NCBI GenBank assembly: GCA_001786835.1
Contig: MFTO01000013.1
Coordinates: 1,002 to 65,001, forward strand
Direction: 5' to 3'
DNA length: 64,000 nt
From: Candidatus Nomurabacteria bacterium RIFCSPHIGHO2_01_FULL_40_20
Lineage (GTDB): Bacteria; Patescibacteriota; Minisyncoccia; Phycocordibacterales; UBA9973
Numbering within the stretch: the stretch's first letter is position 1; every line of letters begins with the position of its first letter. The notes under the pieces were generated by a model. The model searched no databases, was not told where the DNA came from, and saw only the letters and a list, made by a program, of their open reading frames with translations. The position numbers were made by a program, and so were the translations under genes. This document shows positions 29,601 to 38,926 of this stretch, in pieces.

Positions 29601-29640
29601 CAATGACACAAATTCTGCCTAGGCAGAATATGTGTCATTG
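29601..29640. repeat. 36-40-bp palindrome P1, copy 3
   Basis: CAATGACACAAATTCTGCCTAGGCAGAATATGTGTCATTG. Confidence 0.95.
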
Positions 29641-29714
29641 ATTTTAAAAACAAAAAACTCGGTTTCCCGAGTCCTTTGCTAGAACCTAGTCACTAGTAGA
29701 CTAGAACCTAATTT

Positions 29715-30047
29715 TTATATCCCTTTCAAATCTTCCATCGCTTGGTCTACAGTCTTTAGGCTAGAAGCTCCTCCTTCGGACCTTTCAGGCCTGCTACCAC
29801 CTTCCGGCTCGTTTATTTTCAGATTTACGCGAGCGTTATTTTTCATCCCGATGATACGTAGAAGTGTGCGGATAGCTTTGGCGGTGTTGCCCATTCGCCC
29901 GATAATCTTGCCCATATCGGCAGGGTTCACGGTGAGCGTTATGAGCACCCCCATCTCATCGACAGTACGATCGATTTTGACATCATTCGGATTATCAACG
30001 AGAGCTTTTACTACATATTCTAGAAATACCTTATCTTGGTCTTGCAT
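29715..30047 (-). CDS. khpA: KH-domain RNA-binding protein KhpA
   Basis: DMGKIIGRMGNTAKAIRTLL; rpsP-khpA-trmD synteny. Confidence 0.92.
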   Translation of the reverse strand: MQDQDKVFLEYVVKALVDNPNDVKIDRTVDEMGVLITLTVNPADMGKIIGRMGNTAKAIRTLLRIIGMKNNARVNLKINEPEGGSRPERSEGGASSLKTVDQAMEDLKGI

Positions 30048-30122
30048 GTGTTTCAGAGAATAAATATTTTAATGTTATCAATTGTGCAGTATACGACCCA
30101 ATGACTGCATGCGGTAATTATA

Positions 30123-30164
30123 CCCCGTAGTAAAATTTTTGCAAAATTTACTACGGGGGCAGGC
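30123..30164. repeat. Intergenic palindrome (REP-like)
   Basis: CCCCGTAGTAAAATTTT-TGC-AAAATTTTACTACGGGG followed by GCAGGC. Confidence 0.75.
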
Positions 30165-30168
30165 AAAA

Positions 30169-30477
30169 TTACTTCTTTGCCTTTAGTTCCTTTCGCTTTA
30201 TTGTAGGCTTCTTTTTTGGGAGTACATTTATCTTCTTACCTTCTATCGCTTTTTGGTGCACCAAGAAGTTGTGCATCGTATCGGACGGTTTTGCTCCTTT
30301 GGCAATCCAGTATTTCATTCTATCGGTCTTAAAGTCCGTGAGGCCGGCTTTTGGATTGTAAGTACCCAATATTTCCAAAAATTTCCCACTTTTTGTAGAG
30401 TTCTTTGAATCAGTCAAAACCGCCCGAAAAGCCGGGTCGTTTTTTCTGCCAATCCTCTGTAATCTTATTTTAAGCAT
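30169..30477 (-). CDS. rpsP: 30S ribosomal protein S16
   Basis: MLKIRLQRIGRKN.P.FR, LEILGTYNP. Confidence 0.98.
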   Translation of the reverse strand: MLKIRLQRIGRKNDPAFRAVLTDSKNSTKSGKFLEILGTYNPKAGLTDFKTDRMKYWIAKGAKPSDTMHNFLVHQKAIEGKKINVLPKKKPTIKRKELKAKK

Positions 30478-30524
30478 AAGAACAATCTAGCATAGTCTAA
30501 AGAAAATGCAAACTAAAAAATTTA

Positions 30525-31451
30525 CTACTCGGATTGCATGCCGTAGCCAGAGGACTGTTCTCCATACCCATTTACTTTCTTAAATCCTTTTACCGTCTTC
30601 TGCCCTTCTACAGAATATTGTCCGGGAACATCATAAAAACCTTTTACGCTTTTTTGTCCTTCGACTTCATTGAAACCCTTTACATCATACTGTCCGTCCA
30701 CAGCATTGAAACCTTTTACACTATATTGACCAGAAACTTCATTAAATCCTTGAACATTATAAAATCCGGGAACTTCATTGAATCCCTTTATTTCATTAAA
30801 TCCGGTTACAACATAGAACCCAGTTACTTCATTGAAGCCGTTTACACTATAAAATCCGGGCACTTCAGTAAAGCCAACCACGGGATAACTGCCAATAACA
30901 TTGTAAAATCCGGTTACTTCGTTTTGTCCTATAACAGTATAAAATCCGGGAACAGTAATATCTCCATCCACAGGGTAACTGCCAGGAACAGTGATACTTC
31001 CGGGTACAGTGATATTTCCATTTACATTGTAATGACCAACAACCGTCTTACTACCCGGAACTATATAACTAGCATTCACGCTATATCCTCCAGGAATCGT
31101 ATAGCTTCCCGGAATAATATAAAAACCGTTTATCGCAATCATACCTGGTACTGTAATATTTCCGGGAATAATATAATGCGCATTTACAGCATAACTGCCG
31201 GGAACAAGGTACTGGCCGTTGATACTGTAAAAACCTGGAACAGGATAAAAGGCATAAATGTAATAAAATCCAGGTATTCCATAATCCGCATCAACTCCAT
31301 AAAATCCTGGCGTGCCATAACCATAACAGTCGCAGGAGTAATCATAAAAACACCCGCACGCTTCCGCTTTCGGCGCAAAGAGAGCAAAAGACACAAAGAC
31401 CATAAGGCCTATAACTGCCAATATCATTATATTTGACTTTTTTAATTTCAC
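30525..31451 (-). CDS. Secreted Gly-periodic hexapeptide-repeat protein
   Basis: Signal peptide ending AEA, Cys-rich cap, about 40 V/I-x-G-x-x-x units. Confidence 0.8.
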   Translation of the reverse strand: MKLKKSNIMILAVIGLMVFVSFALFAPKAEACGCFYDYSCDCYGYGTPGFYGVDADYGIPGFYYIYAFYPVPGFYSINGQYLVPGSYAVNAHYIIPGNITVPGMIAINGFYIIPGSYTIPGGYSVNASYIVPGSKTVVGHYNVNGNITVPGSITVPGSYPVDGDITVPGFYTVIGQNEVTGFYNVIGSYPVVGFTEVPGFYSVNGFNEVTGFYVVTGFNEIKGFNEVPGFYNVQGFNEVSGQYSVKGFNAVDGQYDVKGFNEVEGQKSVKGFYDVPGQYSVEGQKTVKGFKKVNGYGEQSSGYGMQSE

Positions 31452-31517
31452 CCTCTCACACTAGCATATTTTACCTCTTTTGTCAATAAGAGTTCTTTTA
31501 TGCTATAATGCAAGAGC

Positions 31518-33497
31518 ATGAAAGAAAAAAGGAGAATTCTAGAGGGCACCATATCTATAAACTCCAAAGGCGTGGGCTATGTGGACTTGGGAGAAGAAAA
31601 AAGGCAAGGCAAAAAGAATGACCGAAAGACTGATGTGGAAATCGATTTCAAGCATTTGAAAACCGCGCTTCATGGAGACACGGTGGAAATAGTCCTCCAT
31701 CCGAGGTCTGGGGAGAGGCGAACGGGCGAAGTAGCGCGAGTCATTTCCCGCGCCAAGAATCGTTTTGTGGGAGTCTTGGAAAAAGACCCCGCCTCCTTCG
31801 GGGCAAGCAATGGAATATTCTTTCTTAAGCCGGATGATACAAAAATGTATACCGATATTCTGGTTCCGGAAAGCAAGCTTCACGGCGCCAAACCAAACCA
31901 AAAAATATTTGTGGAAATTGTTTCTTGGCAGGACCCGCGAAAAGCGCCAGTCGGTAAAGTGCTTAAAATCTTGGGGCGCCCCGGCGAGAATGACACCGAG
32001 ATGCACGCTATTGCGATTGAGAAAGGTTTTGATAGTGTTTTGCCAGAAGAAATCGAAAAAGAAGCGCAAAAAATCAAACAAGCGGGTTTAAAAAAAGAAG
32101 ATTATAAAGATCGTCGTGACTTTCGAAAAACTTTAACCTTCACTATAGATCCGTCTGATGCTAAAGATTTTGATGACGCTATTTCTTTTAAAAAAATAAA
32201 CGGCGGACTTTTTGAAATAGGTATCCATATCGCCGATGTCACTCACTATGTAAAAAAAGGTGGCGCCATAGACCTTGAAGCGCGGGAGAGAGGCACTTCG
32301 GTTTATCTCGTTGACCGGACCATCCCGATGTTGCCGGAAGTCCTTTCCAACGACCTGTGTTCCTTGGTCCCAGATAAAGATCGCTTTACTATGAGCGCGG
32401 TATTTGAAATGAACCAAAACGGAGAAGTTTTAAAAGAGTGGTTTGGCAGAACTGTGATTCATTCCCAAAAACGTTTTAGTTACGAAGAAGCCGAAAAAAC
32501 AATCAAGAATAAAAATCTGGCCCTACACGAGGAACTTTCGATACTCAATAATATCGCTAGAAAATTAACTAAACGAAGATTTGATAGTGGCGCCATTTCG
32601 CTCGATCAAGAAGAAGTAAAGTTTATGCTGGGTGAAGGAGGCCGTCCGATTAAAGTCATTAAAAAAGTCCGTGGAGACTCAAACAAGCTGATAGAGGAAT
32701 TTATGTTGCTCGCCAACAAGCGGGTGGCCGAGCTTTTATCTAAAGGAACTCATCAAAAAGTAAAAAGTCCGGCAGATGAGGGAATATTTCTTTACCGAGT
32801 GCACGACGTGCCAAGCAAGGAAAAAATGGAGGAGCTTGCTCATTTTTTAAAAAGCTTGGGCTACAACTTAAAACAAAAAAATGGCATTATTGAAAATCAT
32901 GATTTAAACAAGCTCCTACATACTCTAGATGGCAAGCCGGAGCAAGACACCGTCTCCCGCGCTATCGTCCGCTCCATGGCTAAAGCCATTTATTCCACCA
33001 AAAATATCGGCCACTACGGACTTGCTTTTGAATTCTACACTCACTTCACTTCTCCGATCCGGCGCTACCCCGACATAGTGGTACATCGGCTCCTCCTCGA
33101 GCACCTGGCAAATCGCAAAATAAATCCGTCCCATTTTAAAGAATACGAACAAATTTCAAGAACGACTTCGGAACAGGAAAAACGCGCCGCCGAAGCCGAA
33201 CGCGCTTCTATCAAATACAAACAGGTGGAATATATGTCTACCCGCCTCGGAGAAAAGTTTGAGGGTGTGATTAGCGGAATCACCGAATGGGGCATGTATG
33301 TGGAAGAATTGGAAACCAAATGCGAAGGGTTGGTGCGCACGCGGGATATGGGGGATGATTTTTATATCTTCAATGAAAAAAAACTCGAGCTCGTCGGCCA
33401 AAAAACGAAACGAAAATACCGCTTTGGCGATAAGGTAAAAATAAAAGTAAAGGGAGTTGATTTGGAACGCAAAACAATAGATTATATATTGGCATGA
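31518..33497 (+). CDS. rnr: Ribonuclease R
   Basis: TIDPSDAKDFDDA, IEEFMLLAN, HFTSPIRRYPD, C-terminal S1 domain. Confidence 0.97.
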   Translation: MKEKRRILEGTISINSKGVGYVDLGEEKRQGKKNDRKTDVEIDFKHLKTALHGDTVEIVLHPRSGERRTGEVARVISRAKNRFVGVLEKDPASFGASNGIFFLKPDDTKMYTDILVPESKLHGAKPNQKIFVEIVSWQDPRKAPVGKVLKILGRPGENDTEMHAIAIEKGFDSVLPEEIEKEAQKIKQAGLKKEDYKDRRDFRKTLTFTIDPSDAKDFDDAISFKKINGGLFEIGIHIADVTHYVKKGGAIDLEARERGTSVYLVDRTIPMLPEVLSNDLCSLVPDKDRFTMSAVFEMNQNGEVLKEWFGRTVIHSQKRFSYEEAEKTIKNKNLALHEELSILNNIARKLTKRRFDSGAISLDQEEVKFMLGEGGRPIKVIKKVRGDSNKLIEEFMLLANKRVAELLSKGTHQKVKSPADEGIFLYRVHDVPSKEKMEELAHFLKSLGYNLKQKNGIIENHDLNKLLHTLDGKPEQDTVSRAIVRSMAKAIYSTKNIGHYGLAFEFYTHFTSPIRRYPDIVVHRLLLEHLANRKINPSHFKEYEQISRTTSEQEKRAAEAERASIKYKQVEYMSTRLGEKFEGVISGITEWGMYVEELETKCEGLVRTRDMGDDFYIFNEKKLELVGQKTKRKYRFGDKVKIKVKGVDLERKTIDYILA

Positions 33498-35395
33498 GAA
33501 ACTTTTGGCAAAAAATAAAATTCGGCGCTTTTACACTTCTGGCTATCGTGTTGGGAGTTTTTGTCACTTCGTTCGCTTTCGACCATATAGAAAATTTAGC
33601 TTTTCAAAGTAAAGAACGCGCTGTGGCCGACACTCTAACTTTGGAAGAATTATCAAATACACCCGCTGAGATAAAAGAAGAAACACAAAAATATTTTTAT
33701 TTCACCAAAGACGAAGAAGCCAAACCGAAAGTCTCAGCCGAGGCTTACATCGTCGGTGACCTGAATACTGGAGAGGTAATCGTAGCAAAGAACGCAGACC
33801 AAAAGTTCCCCATTGCTTCTGTCTCTAAGCTCATGACCGCGCTGGTCTCCAAAGAACTCGCAAACGAGGATGACACTGCAAAAGTGAGCGCAAGCGCGCT
33901 CTCTACCTATGGCGAGAACGGCGGACTTCACGCGGGAGAGAAAATCAAAATAAAAGACCTCTTTTATCCCCTGCTACTTGAGTCTTCAAACGACGCTGCT
34001 GAAATTTTGGCAGAATTTTTTGGACGCGAGATTTTCATCCGAAAATTAAACCAACAATCTTTAAAACTAAAAATGAATTCTACATCATTCTTTGACCCGA
34101 GTGGGCTCTCTAGGGAAAATCAATCCACTGTCTCTGATTTATTTAAATTATCTGGTCATCTGTATCAAAACGAATCAGAACTCCTTTCTATCAGTAAAAC
34201 CAAAAGCTACGATAACAAAAAACACATCTGGTTTAGCATCAACCAATTCTTGCATAAAAAAAATTATGTCGGAGGAAAAAGCGGATTCACTGACCCAGCC
34301 GGGCAAACGGTCATATCTATTTTTGATATGCCCTTGGCAGAAGAAACTACTCGACCTATAGGTATAGTATTGCTTAAGAGCCAAGACCGTGTCCGCGATG
34401 TGGAAAATATTTTAAATTATCTAACAAAATATGTTTACTACGGAGGACGCACGGACGCCACCGCAGACTGGATAGCAGAGCGCCTCGACATCGGAGACTT
34501 GCGAGAACCGGATTATGCGCGACTCTCTTTCTTGGGCGATATGATGCTTGATCGAGGAGTGCGAAGTTCTGTCGCTAAAAATTTCGCCGGCAATTATTCC
34601 GCTCTTTTTGATAATATGGAAATTTTAAAAAACTCTGACATAGTATTTGCCAATCTTGAAGGTCCGGCGTCAGATAAAGGCGAGGATCAAAAAAATCTTT
34701 ACTCCTTCCGTATGGACCCGTCCGTTATACCGGCTATCAAGGGTGGAGGGGTAAGTATTGTAAATGTGACAAACAATCACGTGGGTGACTGGGGTCGCGA
34801 GGCATATGCGGATACTCTGGCGCGCCTAAAAGAAAATGAAATTCTCTACACCGGCGGAGGCACAAAGGCGCAAGCAGAAGCTCCGACAATTGTAGAAAAA
34901 AATGGATTAAAAATCGGTTACTTAGGATTTTCAGATGTAGGTCCAAATGGAATGGTAGCCAGAGAGGATGAGGCAGGAGTGCTACTTGCGAATAATCCGC
35001 GTTTTGAAGAAATTATAAAGAGCGCGTCGGAACAAGTGGACTTTTTAGTAGTCTCCTTCCACTTCGGTGAAGAATATAAAAATACTCACAACGACCGCCA
35101 AGAATATCTCGCTCACACTGCGATAGATAATGGCGCCCGCATCATCGTCGGCCATCATCCGCATGTTATGCAAGATACCGAAGTTTATAAAAACGGATTT
35201 ATTATTTATTCACTCGGCAACTTTATCTTTGACCAACGCTTCTCGCCGGAGACATCAAAAGGGACACTATATGAAATCGAAGTCCGGCAAGACGGCTCCA
35301 TGACAGAGAAGAAAAATATTATAGAAACCAACCGCGTCTTTCAGCCGGAGAAAGTAATCAAGGGTAAAGAGGAGGTTATAAAATTTACTCAATAG
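33494..35395 (+). CDS. D,D-carboxypeptidase (S11) fused to a CapA-like metallophosphoesterase domain
   Basis: IASVSK, SSN, KSG motifs; GDMMLDR, NLEG, NNH, HFG.EY, GHHPH, YSLGNF. Confidence 0.88.
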   Translation: MRNFWQKIKFGAFTLLAIVLGVFVTSFAFDHIENLAFQSKERAVADTLTLEELSNTPAEIKEETQKYFYFTKDEEAKPKVSAEAYIVGDLNTGEVIVAKNADQKFPIASVSKLMTALVSKELANEDDTAKVSASALSTYGENGGLHAGEKIKIKDLFYPLLLESSNDAAEILAEFFGREIFIRKLNQQSLKLKMNSTSFFDPSGLSRENQSTVSDLFKLSGHLYQNESELLSISKTKSYDNKKHIWFSINQFLHKKNYVGGKSGFTDPAGQTVISIFDMPLAEETTRPIGIVLLKSQDRVRDVENILNYLTKYVYYGGRTDATADWIAERLDIGDLREPDYARLSFLGDMMLDRGVRSSVAKNFAGNYSALFDNMEILKNSDIVFANLEGPASDKGEDQKNLYSFRMDPSVIPAIKGGGVSIVNVTNNHVGDWGREAYADTLARLKENEILYTGGGTKAQAEAPTIVEKNGLKIGYLGFSDVGPNGMVAREDEAGVLLANNPRFEEIIKSASEQVDFLVVSFHFGEEYKNTHNDRQEYLAHTAIDNGARIIVGHHPHVMQDTEVYKNGFIIYSLGNFIFDQRFSPETSKGTLYEIEVRQDGSMTEKKNIIETNRVFQPEKVIKGKEEVIKFTQ

Positions 35396-35417
35396 ATCTT
35401 CTTGGTTTTTAAAATCC

Positions 35418-36002
35418 TTAGAGTGGTTTAAAAAGTTTTTCTAATTCTTTTCTCTTACTTGGGTCGAGCTTAGCTTCATAAAGATTTTTTACAATCTCAA
35501 CTTCGGCAAAATTCTTTTCCATTCCTATCTCGAGGAATTCATCGAAGGTAACCGGAAACAATTCTATCTTCTCTCCTGCATCGAGACTCAGCTCGGCCAC
35601 TTTTTTCAAACCTTTGGCGATAAAAGTGTAGATGACCCAATCAATTTTACTAGTGACGTGTTGCGCATCCCACAGGATAAATTCCTCGGCTTCATACCCA
35701 CTCTCTTCTAAAAGTTCACGCCGGGCCGCAGAGAGTATATCTTCACCTTTGTCCACCTGCCCCCCGGTAGCGCCGATGAAAGGCTCTTTACTGGGTTGCT
35801 CTTGCTTGGTCAAAATTATTTTTCCATCGGCAAGTACTGGAAAAACCACTACCGTATCCGGCCTTTTTAATTTTTCAAAAATAGCCATAGAGCCGTCAAA
35901 CATCTTCTGCTCCCATTGATATACATCAAATAAAATACCTTGAAAGACGCGCTTGGCATGCTCTGGAATTGGTTGTTTAGACTCCGGTCTTTTGATTTCC
36001 AT
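35418..36002 (-). CDS. Nudix hydrolase
   Basis: GGQVDKGEDILSAARRELLEESG. Confidence 0.92.
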   Translation of the reverse strand: MEIKRPESKQPIPEHAKRVFQGILFDVYQWEQKMFDGSMAIFEKLKRPDTVVVFPVLADGKIILTKQEQPSKEPFIGATGGQVDKGEDILSAARRELLEESGYEAEEFILWDAQHVTSKIDWVIYTFIAKGLKKVAELSLDAGEKIELFPVTFDEFLEIGMEKNFAEVEIVKNLYEAKLDPSKRKELEKLFKPL

Positions 36003-36006
36003 CCCC

Positions 36007-36094
36007 TTTAGTATAGCAAAAATCGTAAGTTAAAATCTATTCTCTTATTCGCACGAATTAGAGAAGGTGGTCAGCTCTAGAGTTAGCTCTAGAG
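36007..36094. repeat. Array repeat block, copy 1 (-10 box + 26-bp palindrome + AGCTCTAGAG dimer)
   Basis: TTTAGTATAGCAAAA...TTCTCTTATTCGCACGAATTAGAGAA-GGTGGTC-AGCTCTAGAGTTAGCTCTAGAG. Confidence 0.9.
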
Positions 36095-36619
36095 TTATAA
36101 TTTCTCTTTTTTCATATCCACTTGCCAAATACCCATGAGAATTGAACTCATGACAAAAACCTCAGTAACTATGCCGGGATATGAAACCATAACAATACTG
36201 TATACAAACCACAAACCGGAGCCAACAAGCGAGAAAATTCTAATCAAAAAAGGATTGTCTCTCCATCTAGCGTAAGTACCCACAACAATCCCAAAAAATG
36301 GAAGAAGGCTAATCAACCCCTGCCAGGACAAAGAGAGAAGAACTCCTGCAAAAAGTATAAAAACAACAACCCACCACGGCGAGGATGCCCAACGTTTCTT
36401 ATCTTTCTTTTCAAATACAAAATTGCGCACTCCAGCAACAATGTTCATGGTAGCTCCAGTAAAAGCACCGAGCATTGCAAAGTGCACGGTAAAGAAAATT
36501 GTCGAGAACATCTGCTTTTTGAGTATTTGCGTTCTCGTTTTCCCTTGAAAGGAGAGAATAATGAAAACAAGGCCGATAAATCCTAAGCCTTGAGTAATCC
36601 AAAATGTCATGTCCCCCAT
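36095..36619 (-). CDS. YgjV-family inner membrane protein
   Basis: QGLGFIG...LSFQ.K.R..IL...HFAMLGAFTGA pattern, multi-TM. Confidence 0.8.
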   Translation of the reverse strand: MGDMTFWITQGLGFIGLVFIILSFQGKTRTQILKKQMFSTIFFTVHFAMLGAFTGATMNIVAGVRNFVFEKKDKKRWASSPWWVVVFILFAGVLLSLSWQGLISLLPFFGIVVGTYARWRDNPFLIRIFSLVGSGLWFVYSIVMVSYPGIVTEVFVMSSILMGIWQVDMKKEKL

Positions 36620-36621
36620 CG

Positions 36622-36684
36622 TTTTAGTATAGCAAAATACTTAAGATTAAAAACCATTCTCTTATTCGTGCGAATTAGAGAAGG
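36622..36684. repeat. Array repeat block, copy 2
   Basis: TTTTAGTATAGCAAAA...TTCTCTTATTCGTGCGAATTAGAGAA. Confidence 0.9.
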
Positions 36685-36690
36685 TTAGGG

Positions 36691-36957
36691 TCAAAGAGAG
36701 TCAATGATCTCTTTGACGAGCGAATTGGGTTTAGAAAATAAACTATAAAATTTTACCAAGCTTACTTGGTCCGCTTCTATAATCTCCGCATTAGATAAAA
36801 TCAAGAGGTGTTTTGAGGTGGATTTAAAAGAAAGCTTTATGGCATCCGCAACCTCTCCCACTGACTGCTCTTTGTTTTTCTTCAAAAATTTTAAAATAGC
36901 TAGCCGGCGTCGATTGGCAAACGCTTTGAATATTTTTTCTAAATCTTTTTCTTGCAT
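36691..36957 (-). CDS. ArsR/SmtB-family transcriptional regulator
   Basis: FKAFAN.RRLAIL..L...SVGEVA.....S....SKHL..L. Confidence 0.9.
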   Translation of the reverse strand: MQEKDLEKIFKAFANRRRLAILKFLKKNKEQSVGEVADAIKLSFKSTSKHLLILSNAEIIEADQVSLVKFYSLFSKPNSLVKEIIDSL

Positions 36958-36969
36958 AAATCTTATTTT

Positions 36970-37032
36970 ACCACCATTCTCTTATTCGTGCGAATTAGAG
37001 AAGGTGGTCAGCTCTAGAGTTAGCTCTAGAGC
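36970..37032. repeat. Array repeat block, copy 3, over the arsR promoter
   Basis: ACCACCATTCTCTTATTCGTGCGAATTAGAGAAGGTGGT + AGCTCTAGAGTTAGCTCTAGAGCT. Confidence 0.9.
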
Positions 37033-37568
37033 TGGTACTCCCAGCCGGGTTGCCAGGATTTGGTTTTGCGCCAGTCTTCGGCTAGGGCTTGTTCCCAAGT
37101 TTTACCTTTAAGTAGCACGTCTAGGGATAATTGCGGAGCTTTGTGAGCAACTATAGCCACATGTTTGCCGTCATAATTTTCTTTTAGAAATTTCAAAAAG
37201 TCTGCCATTCTTGCCTTCACATCTTCATAACTTTCCCCGCCCGGAAATTTATTGTAAATACATTCCTCTTCTTGCATCGGCTCCACCACCAAAGACGACG
37301 CGCCATTTAATTTTCCATAGTCGCATTCACGCAGTCTCTTGTCAGAGATAATTTCATATTTGTCTCCAAACGCAAGATGCGCCGAATCCACCGCCCGTTT
37401 CAAATCCGAGCAAAAAACCACATCAAAATTTTTATCAGCTACAAGATCGCCGAGTTCTTTTGATTGTTTTATTCCTAACTCCGACAACTCCCCCGGCAAT
37501 CCGCCAGTAGAAATATGCTCTTCATTGTCCGTCGTCGTCCCGTGTACAAAATATGTGATTTGAATCAT
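37026..37568 (-). CDS. Histidine phosphatase (phosphoglycerate mutase) family protein
   Basis: FVHGTT..N, SDLKRA, LRECDYG, PGGES, IVAH. Confidence 0.9.
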   Translation of the reverse strand: MIQITYFVHGTTTDNEEHISTGGLPGELSELGIKQSKELGDLVADKNFDVVFCSDLKRAVDSAHLAFGDKYEIISDKRLRECDYGKLNGASSLVVEPMQEEECIYNKFPGGESYEDVKARMADFLKFLKENYDGKHVAIVAHKAPQLSLDVLLKGKTWEQALAEDWRKTKSWQPGWEYQL

Positions 37569-37587
37569 GGGTTTAGTATAGCAAAAG

Positions 37588-37983
37588 TTATTTCTGATAA
37601 TTAAATTTTCCCGTTAATAATTTATAAACAAAAACGACACCAACGATGGTTATGATTACTCCTGTTATCAAACCTGGGTAATATGATTGAGTTTTTAGGG
37701 CTTCGTATACATGGGAAAATTCATAAAGAGATATAATCGAAAAAATCAATGATAAAATAAAGGGTATTCTTTTTTTAGATAAAACAAGAACCAACAAAAC
37801 CGCCAAAAATAAAAACAACGCTATCTGTATGAGTGAAAAAGTAATTTGTTGGTCTAGATTAAAATATTTACTCAAATGCAAAACGGATAAATCTATACTT
37901 GCAAAATCGGTAAATATTTCTTCTAAAAAATGAACTACAAAAAGTGGAACTAGCACGTGAACAAAACTCTCAACTCTTTTCAT
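37588..37983 (-). CDS. HXXEE-domain membrane protein
   Basis: HFLEE, H......Y.PGL.T; four TM segments. Confidence 0.8.
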   Translation of the reverse strand: MKRVESFVHVLVPLFVVHFLEEIFTDFASIDLSVLHLSKYFNLDQQITFSLIQIALFLFLAVLLVLVLSKKRIPFILSLIFSIISLYEFSHVYEALKTQSYYPGLITGVIITIVGVVFVYKLLTGKFNYQK

Positions 37984-38080
37984 ACCTTTAGTATAGCAAA
38001 ATATAAGATAGAAAAAGCAAAACCATGCTAGCTTGATTTGTTCGTGCCTTAATGTTAGTTTAAAGAAAAATCATGTACTT

Positions 38081-38566
38081 ATGAAAACGATAAACATAAC
38101 ATCAGGGTCAAAAGACCCTATCGCCTATATCTTAAGTAACTTAGCCCATACACCCTTCTCCTACGGCGGATACACTTTCAAATGCGTTGAAGCTCCGCTT
38201 CAAGGTATAAAAATTGAAAACAAGGTAGAGAGGGAAAGAGTATTTGCTATGGACGGACTAAGCGCGCTTAAAATCGGCAGAAAGATTACGCGGGCAGTAA
38301 AGGACGGTGAAGAAAGATTTGTATATTGGGAGGGAAAGAAAATTCCATATAACTCTCAAGACCACAGATTGCTCATTGTATCTTTTATCGGAGAAAAAGT
38401 TCGACAAAATCCTGAAGTTCAAAAAGCGTTGATAGAAACAAAAGATAAATTCATCTACCACGATGTTGGACCTGAGCATCCAAAAACTTCTTTGCCGGAA
38501 AAACTCTTTATAGAAATTCTGCTTGCAAAAAGAAAAATTCTTTTAAAATTGAAAAATCTAAAATGA
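38081..38566 (+). CDS. NADAR/YbiA-like protein
   Basis: LSNLA..PF......CVEA..Q..K, KVRQNP....LIET. Confidence 0.6.
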   Translation: MKTINITSGSKDPIAYILSNLAHTPFSYGGYTFKCVEAPLQGIKIENKVERERVFAMDGLSALKIGRKITRAVKDGEERFVYWEGKKIPYNSQDHRLLIVSFIGEKVRQNPEVQKALIETKDKFIYHDVGPEHPKTSLPEKLFIEILLAKRKILLKLKNLK

Positions 38567-38572
38567 AGCGCT

Positions 38573-38863
38573 ATGGAAAAATCATTTTTTGAATACTATT
38601 GCAATGTCACAGAAAACATAGTTTTTGCCCAACTTGATGCAGAAATAAAAGAACAAAAAGTCATCACATTAAAAGAATGTGCAAAAACTCTACGACAGCA
38701 AATGCTTCTTCTTAGAAAAGAATTAAAAAACGAGGAGGAAAAAAATGTACTAGTTAAAAATCAAGCAGTAATCTTTAAAAGATATAAAGAGCACTTGATA
38801 AAAAAAATAATCCGCAACTCAATACAAAAAGAATTGAAGAACAGGGGGAAGTTAAAAAAATAA
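38573..38863 (+). CDS. Hypothetical helical protein
   Basis: 96-aa ORF directly after the NADAR-like gene. Confidence 0.6.
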   Translation: MEKSFFEYYCNVTENIVFAQLDAEIKEQKVITLKECAKTLRQQMLLLRKELKNEEEKNVLVKNQAVIFKRYKEHLIKKIIRNSIQKELKNRGKLKK

Positions 38864-38926
38864 CTTCCTTTTTTTATTTCTTCCAATCCGCAACCACCAG
38901 CTTTTTGCCGGAGGAGTTTGCATGAG

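Noticed and set aside
27937-29640. CRISPR array (36-bp repeats next to a Cas2-like gene)
   Set aside because: The gaps are about 0.5 and 1.1 kb and contain whole genes; there is no cas1, effector gene or leader.
30534-31436. 300-aa antisense ORF
   Set aside because: Shadow of the repeat-protein codons; the minus-strand ORF has the signal peptide and the periodicity.
31518-33497. Alternative genetic code (TGA=Gly, as in Gracilibacteria/SR1)
   Set aside because: Long genes have no in-frame TGA, and TGA terminates rnr at its expected end.
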